From NCBI GenBank assembly GCA_021203745.1, contig JAJQAP010000050.1, positions 92 through 64,091 on the forward strand: a stretch of DNA of 64,000 nucleotides, in the 5' to 3' direction. The notes beneath the pieces are model-generated. The model was not told the DNA's origin and did not search any database. It was given only the letters and a program-made list of their open reading frames with translations. The translations under genes and the position numbers were made by a program. Each line of letters starts with the position of its first letter. The stretch's first letter is position 1. Positions 53,736-62,455 of this stretch are shown piece by piece. Source of the DNA: Coprobacillus sp. Lineage in GTDB: Bacteria > Bacillota_I > Bacilli_A > RFN20 > CAG-826.

Positions 53736-53765
53736 TTGAAAAATAAACATTTTTTATTTTATAAT
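53736..53765 (+). promoter_or_regulatory. promoter for tRNA-Ala
   Basis: TTGAAA (53736-53741), 18-nt spacer, TATAAT (53760-53765), 15 nt upstream of the tRNA. Confidence 0.5.
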
Positions 53766-53780
53766 AAATCTACCTAGTGT

Positions 53781-53856
53781 GGGGCTGTAGCTCAGCTGGA
53801 AGAGCGCCTCCATGGCATGGAGGAGGTCGGGGGTTCGAGCCCCCTTAGCTCCACCA
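53781..53856 (+). tRNA. tRNA-Ala (anticodon GGC), CCA encoded
   Basis: GGGGCTG...TAGCTCC acceptor with G3:U70 Ala identity pair. Anticodon loop ATGGCAT. TTCGAGC T-loop. Terminal ACCA. Confidence 0.85.
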
Positions 53857-53868
53857 TTTTTATTTACT

Positions 53869-54891
53869 ATGAAAGTATTATTATACGCAGAAGGTTTAAA
53901 AACAATTGGCAAGAGTGGACTTGGTAAAGCCATTCAGCATCAGATGCAAGCGCTAGATTATGAAGGTATTGCCTACACCCTTAACCCTAAAGATGATTAT
54001 GATATTCTTCATATAAATACCTACTTCTTTAAGTCTTATTTTCTTGCTAGAAAAGCTCATAAAAAAGGAAAGAAGGTTGTTTTTCACGCCCACTCAACAG
54101 AAGAGGACTATAAGAATGGGTTTATTTTAAATCACGCAACCTCGAAACTCTTTAAGTGGTGGATAACAAGAAACTATAAACTAGGTGATGTTATAGTAAC
54201 ACCAACACCATATTCAAAAGGACTTCTAGAAGGATATAAAGGACTAGAAGATAAAAAGGTCTACGCTATATCTAACGGCATTGATACAAACTTCTTTAAA
54301 AAAGACGATGAAGCAGGAAGACAGTTTAGAGAGAAGTATGGAATAAAAGATGATGAAAAGGTCATCATTGGAATTGGTCTCTATATTGAAAGAAAAGGAA
54401 TTGTCGATTTTGTCGAACTAGCAAAAAGACTCCCTCAATATAAGTTCATTTGGTTTGGATCTTCTCCCCTTGTGGCATCCACTCCAAAAGCAAGAAAAGC
54501 GGTTCATACTAAATTAGATAATCTTGTTTTCGCGGGATATGTAGAAAAAGAAACGATAAAAGCCGCTCTTAATGGTTGTGATTTATATCTATTCCCAACC
54601 CTAGAAGAGACAGAAGGAATCCCTATCATTGAGGCGATTGCGTGTAAAGCAAATGCCATAATCAGAGATATCCCAATCTTTAGTGGTTGGCTAAATGATT
54701 GTGAAAATGTCTACAAGGCAAAAGATGTCGATGAATTTGAAAAAAAGATTGTAGACTTTTTAGAAGGTAGACTCCCATCGCTTGTCGAAAACGCTTATCC
54801 TCTTGCCGCAGAAAGAGACATCCAAGAAGTCGGTAAAAGTCTTAAAAAAGTCTATGACGATGTTTTAAACGGAAACACAAAAAAAGAGTAA
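53869..54891 (+). CDS. GT4-family glycosyltransferase (glycolipid synthase-like, cf. Acholeplasma glucosyl-diacylglycerol synthases)
   Basis: ATG 12 nt after the tRNA. GT-B fold with C-terminal E-x7-E-type region (FPTLEETEGIPIIEA). The ORF-track start 53812 lies inside the tRNA and is an artefact. Confidence 0.65.
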   Translation: MKVLLYAEGLKTIGKSGLGKAIQHQMQALDYEGIAYTLNPKDDYDILHINTYFFKSYFLARKAHKKGKKVVFHAHSTEEDYKNGFILNHATSKLFKWWITRNYKLGDVIVTPTPYSKGLLEGYKGLEDKKVYAISNGIDTNFFKKDDEAGRQFREKYGIKDDEKVIIGIGLYIERKGIVDFVELAKRLPQYKFIWFGSSPLVASTPKARKAVHTKLDNLVFAGYVEKETIKAALNGCDLYLFPTLEETEGIPIIEAIACKANAIIRDIPIFSGWLNDCENVYKAKDVDEFEKKIVDFLEGRLPSLVENAYPLAAERDIQEVGKSLKKVYDDVLNGNTKKE

Positions 54892-55000
54892 AATCTTAAA
54901 ATAAACTATTATAAAACCCCCCATTTTTATGGAGTTTTATTTTATTTGCTACATTTTTGGGGCAGAATGTGGCATAATAATGATAGGAGTTCATGGTGGG

Positions 55001-55492
55001 ATGTATGAAGTTAATACAGTTGTGATGCATAAGCGTGAAGGTTTATGCACGATTAATGGAATCGTCGATATGGGTGGAAAGAAGTACTTCCAACTCAATG
55101 CTAAGAGAGGCGAGGGAGATAATATTTATGTCCCAGTTGAAACCGCTGACGGCATAATCCGTCCTCTCATGAGTAAAGAAGTAGCGAATTCCATTTTACT
55201 TTATATGCGCGATCTTTCCGATGAGATTATCGCTAATACAAAGCAAAGACGAGACTACTTTAAAAAGAAACTATTATCTGGAAATGTAGAAGATATAGTT
55301 TATTTAGCTAAGCAATTATATCTCTATAATACGGAAAAAGACCTTCCTGCAGATGTGCATTTTGGGTCTATTGATATTGAACTCTTAGAGCAAGCCACGA
55401 ATATCTTATTTGATGAGTTTGAATATATCTTTAATCTCAATAGAGAAGGTATATATGACTATATCAATCAGATTCTATCATCCACTAAATAG
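55001..55492 (+). CDS. CarD/CdnL/TRCF-domain family transcription factor (YdeB-like)
   Basis: N-terminal Tudor-like pattern MYEVNTVVMHKREGLCTINGIV...YFQL, ~160 aa. Start ATG 55001, 11 nt after AGGAG. The upstream in-frame extension has no coding-like features. Confidence 0.6.
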   Translation: MYEVNTVVMHKREGLCTINGIVDMGGKKYFQLNAKRGEGDNIYVPVETADGIIRPLMSKEVANSILLYMRDLSDEIIANTKQRRDYFKKKLLSGNVEDIVYLAKQLYLYNTEKDLPADVHFGSIDIELLEQATNILFDEFEYIFNLNREGIYDYINQILSSTK

Positions 55493-56303
55493 TTAAATAT
55501 TTATCCCTAAGAATTGATATTTCCTCGTCAGTGACATGGAAATATTTTTTTATGTACTCGAGTGTGGTCCCTGCTTTTTCATGCATGGTGTCTAGCATTG
55601 CATCGATATATTCTTCCTTAACATTCATCGTGCCGTCTAAAATCTCTGCAAATGTATCCATGCCCGCTTCTTTTGCTTTGTTTATTCTCTCGTTATTTTC
55701 TTTTCCTACATATTTATCGGTGAGCATGTAATCTTCTTTAATGGTTTTATCATCCACCCCTAAGATAGAAAGGATCAATGCACTAGCGGCACCCGTTCTA
55801 TCTTTACCCCCTGCACAGTGATAAATAACCGCTTTATCATCATCTTCATTAATTAAAATGTCGAGAAATTTTTTAAACTGAGAAATACAAAAATCATTGG
55901 TCACAAAATCGATGTAGTTTTGTTTCATCATTTTATAGATTGAAAAGCCTGGCATTGTGTCATAAAGAACTTTAATTTTATCCATAAATGAAGCATGCTC
56001 ATTGTCCGCTTGAAGTCTTGATAACATATCTTCATTTGGTGTTTCGCTAAAGATTGGAAGATGGATATACTCTACACCTTCGAGAGGAACATCCTTACTT
56101 TGTTCCTTTTCATCTTCATTCCTAAAATCGATGAGTTTATCAACATGTAACTCATTTGTTAAAAACTCTGCATCTTTTTCGCTCACCTTCCAAAATGCAG
56201 CGCTTCTGATTAGATGATTATCCTTTACTGTTTTTCCATCAGTTGTCTTATATCCACCTAAATCTCGAATATTTTTTACAAAATCTAATTTAATTTCCTT
56301 CAT
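55485..56303 (-). CDS. protein-tyrosine-phosphatase-family protein (Y_phosphatase3-like, CX5R)
   Basis: P-loop HCAGGKDRTG. 272 aa. Last gene of a minus-strand operon. 3' end overlaps the convergent CarD-like gene by 8 nt. Confidence 0.8.
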   Translation of the reverse strand: MKEIKLDFVKNIRDLGGYKTTDGKTVKDNHLIRSAAFWKVSEKDAEFLTNELHVDKLIDFRNEDEKEQSKDVPLEGVEYIHLPIFSETPNEDMLSRLQADNEHASFMDKIKVLYDTMPGFSIYKMMKQNYIDFVTNDFCISQFKKFLDILINEDDDKAVIYHCAGGKDRTGAASALILSILGVDDKTIKEDYMLTDKYVGKENNERINKAKEAGMDTFAEILDGTMNVKEEYIDAMLDTMHEKAGTTLEYIKKYFHVTDEEISILRDKYLTI

Positions 56304-56964
56304 TTTCCTTTGACCATCCCCTTATTGTTTCTAATAACTCCGCAATAGAATCGACGAGTTTAAAACTGCCGAGTTTTTCAAGATATTCTCTTGGTTTAAA
56401 TCCCCAAGAAACTAAAATTGCTTTTATTCCTACATTATTTGCCATATCTAGATCAACATCGGAATCACCGATGACAATTCCATTTTTAACATCTAGTCCT
56501 AACTCTTCAATTGGACGCATGATAACTTCTTTTGCGGGTTTTTTAGGGAAGCCTTTCATATCGCCCTGTACGAAATCAAAGATACCAGGGAAGAATTTGT
56601 CCACAAGATGCTCGGTTACCTCTTGGAGTTTGTTAGACACTAAAATGAGAATGTAACCTTCTTCCTTTAGTTGATGCAACATATCAACCACCCCATCATA
56701 GGGTTTAGTGAGTTCATCGTAGTGATCTTTGTAAATCTCTGTAAATCTATCGAGGCATTTCTGATAGAGGGGGTTTTCTTCCTGGTCAGGTAGACATCTT
56801 GCCACAAGTTTGGCCACTCCATTACCGACAAAGGATTTAATTTCTTCATAACTCCTAATTGGAAAACCATTCTCGCTTATTGCGATGTTTGTGGCGTTCA
56901 TTAAATCCCCGAGGGTATCGAGTAATGTGCCGTCTAGATCAAAGAGTAGAATGTTCTTTTTCAT
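56290..56964 (-). CDS. HAD-superfamily phosphatase (phosphoglycolate phosphatase/PpaX-like)
   Basis: Motif I LLFDLDGTLLDT, motif IV GDSDVD. Overlaps neighbours by 14 and 26 nt. Confidence 0.8.
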   Translation of the reverse strand: MKKNILLFDLDGTLLDTLGDLMNATNIAISENGFPIRSYEEIKSFVGNGVAKLVARCLPDQEENPLYQKCLDRFTEIYKDHYDELTKPYDGVVDMLHQLKEEGYILILVSNKLQEVTEHLVDKFFPGIFDFVQGDMKGFPKKPAKEVIMRPIEELGLDVKNGIVIGDSDVDLDMANNVGIKAILVSWGFKPREYLEKLGSFKLVDSIAELLETIRGWSKENEGN

Positions 56965-57700
56965 TTAGTTTATTTACCACATTTATTATATCATCATTAA
57001 TCAAAATATCGCATGTTCCATCATATGATGTTTTATCTTTATTTATCAAAATGAGATTTTTGCCTTTAAAATAACGAACAAATCCCGCCGCGGGATATAC
57101 CCTTAAAGATGTACCAACAATTATCATCGTATCGCATGTCATAATCGCTGATATTGCTCTTTCACACATATCATTATCTAGTCCTTCTTCATATAAAACG
57201 ACATCTGGTTTTATAAGACCGCCACATTTATCGCAATATGGGACTCCTTCATGGTCTAAGACATAATCTAGATCAAAGAACTTATTACATTTTTCGCAGT
57301 AGTTTCGATGGATTGATCCATGGAGTTCATACACTCTAGATGAACCCGCTGCCTGATGGAGTCCATCGATATTTTGAGTGACTACTGTAACATTTTTACC
57401 TTTCTTTTCTAAACTGGCAAAATAAAGATGGGCGGAGTTAGGTTTAGCCTCTCTAAAGCACATCTTCTCTTTATAGAATTTATAGAAGTCTTTTGTGTTC
57501 TCATAAAAGAAGTGGTGAGAGACTATCTCTTCTGGAGGAAGAGTGTATTGGTGACCTTTATCGATAAAGATTCCGTTTGCCCCTCGAAAATCAGGTATGC
57601 CACTGCCTGTGGATATTCCTGCACCAGTAAAAACCACAATTGATTTTGCCTCGTTTATTGTTTGATATAGTTTATCTATTTCGTCCATATTTATACCCAT
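56939..57700 (-). CDS. cobB: NAD-dependent protein deacylase (sirtuin, CobB)
   Basis: GAGISTGSGIPDFRG NAD-binding motif, catalytic His (ELHGS), Zn-ribbon CEKC...CDKC. Confidence 0.85.
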   Translation of the reverse strand: MGINMDEIDKLYQTINEAKSIVVFTGAGISTGSGIPDFRGANGIFIDKGHQYTLPPEEIVSHHFFYENTKDFYKFYKEKMCFREAKPNSAHLYFASLEKKGKNVTVVTQNIDGLHQAAGSSRVYELHGSIHRNYCEKCNKFFDLDYVLDHEGVPYCDKCGGLIKPDVVLYEEGLDNDMCERAISAIMTCDTMIIVGTSLRVYPAAGFVRYFKGKNLILINKDKTSYDGTCDILINDDIINVVNKLNEKEHSTL

Positions 57701-57762
57701 TAAATATTTTATTCAAAAAATAGGACTTTTTCATATAAAATAATAAAATATAATAGATTGTT

Positions 57763-59787
57763 ATGAGCAAAATAAGGTATTCACTAGCAGGTATTTTGTT
57801 TTATGTGATCATCGTCATGGTGTGTTTTCTTTTAGAAAACGATGCCTTTTTAACTGGTGGTGATTATAATGATGGACTTGATTTAACATCATTCTATTTA
57901 ATTACCATTGCTTTAATCGCTACGATGATCGTTTATTTCGTCGTCGAGCATAAGCATAACCAGATTCATACGAGTATACCCTTTGTTATCATTCTAGTCT
58001 TATGCTTTATTCTCTTTGACTTTATGGTGTGGATTGATAAACCCGAGTATGGGATTGAACTAGATATTGCCACTAAATTACAGTACTCAATCACTCTAGC
58101 CTTAGGACTAGTGGGTATTTATATCGCGTGTTTTTATCAAACAAAAAGAAGAACAAGAGGAGGTGGACTCCAGTGGTTTGCTTATATCATTTTAGTTTAT
58201 CTTCTAATTACGATTATTTACTCCCTTATTAATGAATGGGATATATATAAAAGTGTTTTAGATGCTTCGACTTCTTTTGTGGGTAACGCTAAATCTATCT
58301 ATCCATCACACAATATATATGGTTTAACACTTTTAATTGGTATTTTACTTTTAGCGTTATGTAACTATCATCAATCAAACTTTATCTACTACATACTCAT
58401 GTTAGTGCTTTACCTTTGTATCTTCTTTACAAGAAGTGGAGGAGCTCTCATGTCCTCTACCTTCTTCCTTTTTGTCTACTTTATAATCCGTTATATTAAA
58501 TACACGAAAAACCATCATAAAGGTGGACTAGTTGTCTTTTTAGTGGTCATTGCTCTTGCCCTAGCCTTTGTTATCGTAGACGCTATATTAACAAGTCAAG
58601 GTCATACATTTATTAATAACGCCCTTATGAGTCTCTTTAATGAGATAGACATTGGTTCTAACTCCACCTTAACAGGGAGAACCGCTATATGGGATAACCT
58701 CTATTCAGTATTAGAGTCTAATCCGCTTTACCTAATCTTTGGACTTGGTTATAGAGGAACTCAATCAGTCACTCCTTTCTTTGGTTATAAGTTTGAGTCC
58801 GCTCATAACGCCTTTTTGCAGGTAATGGTCGATAGCGGTCTTGTTGGACTAGCGCTTTATGTTAGTATGCTAATCTATACCTTCTACTGCTGTATCAGAC
58901 TCATGAAAAGAGGAAAGGTTGAATATGGATTAACCTTTATTGTTATGATCCTTGCCTTAATGCTCGATGGAGTGGTCGAGTCCACAGTAATATTTGGTCT
59001 TAATAGCCTTGGTATTATTATGGGTTTCTTCTTTATTCTCTCTCCAATTATTTCTTGGCATCGCTTAAAGCATCCTGAAAGAGTGGAGGTAGTTGCTATC
59101 GAAAAACCCGTTCCTTATGAAGAGAATCGTCTCCAAAGATTCTTCACTGGTGTGGTTTGGGGTTTTACAATATGCGCAGCGTGTCTATTCATGTTTAACT
59201 ATGTCAATGGTGGAGATAATCCTGAATTCGCTAAATTATGCTTCTATATCTTTATTTGCTTAGTTATAAGTGCCTTATTCTTACCAACAATTATAACTGG
59301 TATGTTGCGGGGTAAATGTAGTCAAAGACTGAAGACCACTAGAGCGGTTCTCCTGTCTTTCTTAATAGTAATAGTAGCTCTAGTGTTTGGTTATGCCTTT
59401 ACCTATATCAATGAAGATTACTTCCTCCTTGGTTTCACTATAGGGTATGGAATATCCACTCTTATTATCGCCTTTATCTTCTCCCTTACTATTGGTCATA
59501 TTGGATCTCAATTTGTTAACTTCTTTAAAGGAATAACCATCACTGAAAGATTTGCTTTTATTGTGCAAATCGTCGTGGAACTACTTATCTATCTAATTCT
59601 TACCTATGCCTTTAGTTATGAATGGAGCATCCTCTCTATTCTTATTGTCTCCGTTATTGGTTTACTCTCTTACTTTGCTACATTCTTCCTTAAACCATCT
59701 CATGAAGTAAATAGAACTCTAGAGTATTTCAATGATTGGCAGATTAACGCTAATCTCAAATATCACGAAAAACGTTATGATATATAG
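57763..59787 (+). CDS. O-antigen-ligase-like (Wzy_C/WaaL family) polytopic membrane protein with ~250-aa C-terminal extra TM bundle
   Basis: 674 aa, about 20 predicted TM helices. Region around ESAHNAFLQVMVDSGLVGLALYV resembles the Wzy_C periplasmic loop/His motif. Confidence 0.55.
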   Translation: MSKIRYSLAGILFYVIIVMVCFLLENDAFLTGGDYNDGLDLTSFYLITIALIATMIVYFVVEHKHNQIHTSIPFVIILVLCFILFDFMVWIDKPEYGIELDIATKLQYSITLALGLVGIYIACFYQTKRRTRGGGLQWFAYIILVYLLITIIYSLINEWDIYKSVLDASTSFVGNAKSIYPSHNIYGLTLLIGILLLALCNYHQSNFIYYILMLVLYLCIFFTRSGGALMSSTFFLFVYFIIRYIKYTKNHHKGGLVVFLVVIALALAFVIVDAILTSQGHTFINNALMSLFNEIDIGSNSTLTGRTAIWDNLYSVLESNPLYLIFGLGYRGTQSVTPFFGYKFESAHNAFLQVMVDSGLVGLALYVSMLIYTFYCCIRLMKRGKVEYGLTFIVMILALMLDGVVESTVIFGLNSLGIIMGFFFILSPIISWHRLKHPERVEVVAIEKPVPYEENRLQRFFTGVVWGFTICAACLFMFNYVNGGDNPEFAKLCFYIFICLVISALFLPTIITGMLRGKCSQRLKTTRAVLLSFLIVIVALVFGYAFTYINEDYFLLGFTIGYGISTLIIAFIFSLTIGHIGSQFVNFFKGITITERFAFIVQIVVELLIYLILTYAFSYEWSILSILIVSVIGLLSYFATFFLKPSHEVNRTLEYFNDWQINANLKYHEKRYDI

Positions 59788-59842
59788 ATTTAGATAACTC
59801 TTATATTTAATATAAATATAATATTTGTTATCATATTTAGTT

Positions 59843-60310
59843 ATGGCAAGAGCGGTAGATGGTATCAAAATTATATGTGTTAATCGTAAAGCAAGTTTTA
59901 ACTACTATCTTTCAGACTACCTTGAATGTGGGATTGCTTTAAAAGGGACAGAAATAAAGTCATTAAGGGTGAATGGGGCAAATATCAGTGATGCCTACGT
60001 CATCTTTAATAATGAAATACCTCAGATTATCAATATGCATATATCGATTTATAAAGAAGGTAATATCTTTAACCATGACCCTTTAAGAACAAGAGAGCTC
60101 TTAATGCATAAAAAAGAGATTCGATACTATATGGGTAAGATCCAAAGAGAGGGTTATACCGTGGTGCCCACTCGTCTATACTTCTCTCATGGAAAAGCGA
60201 AAGTAGAAATCGCTCTTGCAAAAGGTAAACATAACTACGATAAAAGAGAGACGATTAAAAAGAGAGATATGCAAAGAGACCTAGATAGAACACTTAAAGA
60301 GGATAAATAA
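59843..60310 (+). CDS. smpB: SsrA-binding protein
   Basis: VNRKASFNYYLSD...GIALKGTEIKSLR conserved SmpB N-terminal region. C-terminal basic tail. ATG 59843 preferred over the TTG at 59825. Confidence 0.85.
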   Translation: MARAVDGIKIICVNRKASFNYYLSDYLECGIALKGTEIKSLRVNGANISDAYVIFNNEIPQIINMHISIYKEGNIFNHDPLRTRELLMHKKEIRYYMGKIQREGYTVVPTRLYFSHGKAKVEIALAKGKHNYDKRETIKKRDMQRDLDRTLKEDK

Positions 60311-61524
60311 TGACTGAAGATTTTTTAAAAGAATACACGAGAAATGACTATCAAATTGATAATTTTACCGACTTTATTAATAAGGTAAAGTTTGAGTTTA
60401 ATGTCCCAGCGATCCATATTGCCGGCACAAATGGAAAAGGCTCCACGGCGCATTTTCTTTCCTCTATCTACCAAGAAGCTGGTTTAAAAGTGGGTCTTTA
60501 TATGTCTCCATTTACTAAAGAGATAAATGAGATGATCACAATCAACGGAGAAAGAATCTCAGATGATGACTTTCTTAAATATTATAACCAGCATGAATCA
60601 CTCTTTAAAAAATACGATCTCTCTAAATTTGAAATCGAAACCTTTATCATGTTCTCTTACTTTAAAGATCAAAATTTAGACCTCGCTATCATCGAATGTG
60701 GGATGGGAGGAGAAGAAGACGCCACAAACATCTTTACCCCAATACTATCGATTATCACGACAGTCTCGCTAGAGCATACCGAAGAGTTAGGACAAACAAC
60801 CTCAGAAATAACCCTCTCTAAATCAGGAATCATCAAGTACGAAGTTCCTGTTGTGGTGGGTTCTAAATTTAATGAAGATGACTTATCACTCCTCTCTAAT
60901 ATATGTAAAAAGAATCGTACAACCTTGCATGTAACAACGGATTATCATAACGCTTCTTTAGATGAAGAAGGTTATACCTTTACCTACTATACATATAAGG
61001 ATGTCAAGATTAGATTCAGTGCCTACTACTCCATAGAGGATGCCTCTATCGCCCTAGAAGCAGTAAGAGTGTTAATGGATAGGATCCCAGTAACAGAGAC
61101 CCAAGTGAGAAATGGTTTACTCAATATGGAACTACCTTTAAGGATGGAAAAAGTAAGAGATAACCCCACAGTTATTCTCGATGGCGCCCATAACCTAGAA
61201 GCATGTGAAAACCTCGCAAAATCAATTGAAAGTTACGCAAAAGGGAAACCAATTCATATTATTTTTGCTTGCTTTAAAGATAAAGATGTTTCTGGAATGC
61301 TTCAAGCACTTAACCTTGTCAGTGATGATTTAACGATGACGACCTTCCCTCATATTAGAGCAAGAGGGGAAAGGGAACTATTCTTCTTTATGGAGGAGTA
61401 TCAATATAAGGGCGACTATAAAGCACTCATAAATGAAAAGATAGAACAGTATCCAGATGATATTATTTTAGTTACAGGTTCTCTTGCTTTTGTGGGTCTT
61501 GTAAAGGATATGTTTGATGACTAA
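60310..61524 (+). CDS. folC: folylpolyglutamate synthase / dihydrofolate synthase (Mur-ligase family)
   Basis: P-loop HIAGTNGKGST. Mur ligase middle and C-terminal domains. ATGA overlap with smpB. Confidence 0.85.
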   Translation: MTEDFLKEYTRNDYQIDNFTDFINKVKFEFNVPAIHIAGTNGKGSTAHFLSSIYQEAGLKVGLYMSPFTKEINEMITINGERISDDDFLKYYNQHESLFKKYDLSKFEIETFIMFSYFKDQNLDLAIIECGMGGEEDATNIFTPILSIITTVSLEHTEELGQTTSEITLSKSGIIKYEVPVVVGSKFNEDDLSLLSNICKKNRTTLHVTTDYHNASLDEEGYTFTYYTYKDVKIRFSAYYSIEDASIALEAVRVLMDRIPVTETQVRNGLLNMELPLRMEKVRDNPTVILDGAHNLEACENLAKSIESYAKGKPIHIIFACFKDKDVSGMLQALNLVSDDLTMTTFPHIRARGERELFFFMEEYQYKGDYKALINEKIEQYPDDIILVTGSLAFVGLVKDMFDD

Positions 61525-62335
61525 GTTTAAAGAGAAGTTTTTTATAGAGACGAACTTGAGTCTAGTTAACAAGATTACCCTTGCGGGTCTTTTTATTGCC
61601 CTTGCCATCATCTTTAATAAGATTATTGCGATCAATGCAATATCCTTTATCCCATTTCTTAGGATATCCTTTGGCGGTTGTGCGGTAATTATATTAGCCT
61701 CACTCCTTTTAGGACCTCTTTTTGGTGGGGTTGTTGGGGTGTTCTCCGATGTCTTTGGATACCTTATCTTTGATATGTCCGCGTATGGGTATTTCCCTCA
61801 GATTACCCTTATCTATTTACTCCTAGGAGTGCTACCTTCTTTTATCTTTGGTTTAATTAAAAATATGAAGAGCAAAAGCCTTCTTCTCTCTTTAGAGTGT
61901 ATCTTAATGTCTTTACTCCTAATAGGCTTATCTTTATACCTAGGATTAAATAATGAGGTAACTATCTTTGGATCAACCTATTCTATTAGTCTCTGGATGA
62001 AGATAGTTTTACCTTTAGTGGCCTTTATATTATTTGGTTTAATAATCCTTATCACAGTTTTAATTGATCGTCACTTTGCTAAGTTGGAATCAAAAAACAT
62101 CCCTCTTAATACTTATCAAATATCCTTTGGGTGTTTTATCAGCGAACTAGTCGTTATGGTGGGTTTTGGCGCCTATATTAAAGCGCTTTGTTTTGGCTTG
62201 TCTATGTATCTATTAATTCTTGCCTGTCAAAGCCTAGTTATGTTTTTTGATGTCGCTCTAAATACCTTTATCATCTCTTATGTTCTAGTTATTTTTAAAA
62301 GGTATTATCCCGCAAAAGTCGCGGTTAATAGTTGA
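61514..62335 (+). CDS. ECF-transporter S-component-like membrane protein (candidate folate transporter FolT)
   Basis: S-component-like helix pattern (ITLAGLFIALAIIFNK...LLGPLFGGVVGVFSDVFGYLIF). Overlaps folC by 11 nt. Confidence 0.5.
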   Translation: MMTKFKEKFFIETNLSLVNKITLAGLFIALAIIFNKIIAINAISFIPFLRISFGGCAVIILASLLLGPLFGGVVGVFSDVFGYLIFDMSAYGYFPQITLIYLLLGVLPSFIFGLIKNMKSKSLLLSLECILMSLLLIGLSLYLGLNNEVTIFGSTYSISLWMKIVLPLVAFILFGLIILITVLIDRHFAKLESKNIPLNTYQISFGCFISELVVMVGFGAYIKALCFGLSMYLLILACQSLVMFFDVALNTFIISYVLVIFKRYYPAKVAVNS

Positions 62336-62455
62336 TATTTGCAAGCTTATTTAAATAGATAAATCGTTATCTCTTATTTAATTTTAAATAAGGAAAAAAT
62401 AAATCATTGATAAAATATTATTAAATAGTAAAATAAAACTCGTTAAGGAAAAAGT

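Noticed and set aside
53812-53868. N-terminal extension of the GT4 ORF (MAWRRSGVRAPLAPPFLFT)
   Set aside because: It is the translation of tRNA-Ala. The real start is ATG 53869.
56939-57700. Sir2 domain as a Thoeris/DSR-type defence NADase
   Set aside because: Classical sirtuin with Zn-ribbon cysteines and catalytic His. No ThsB/TIR partner, no SLOG or helicase fusion.
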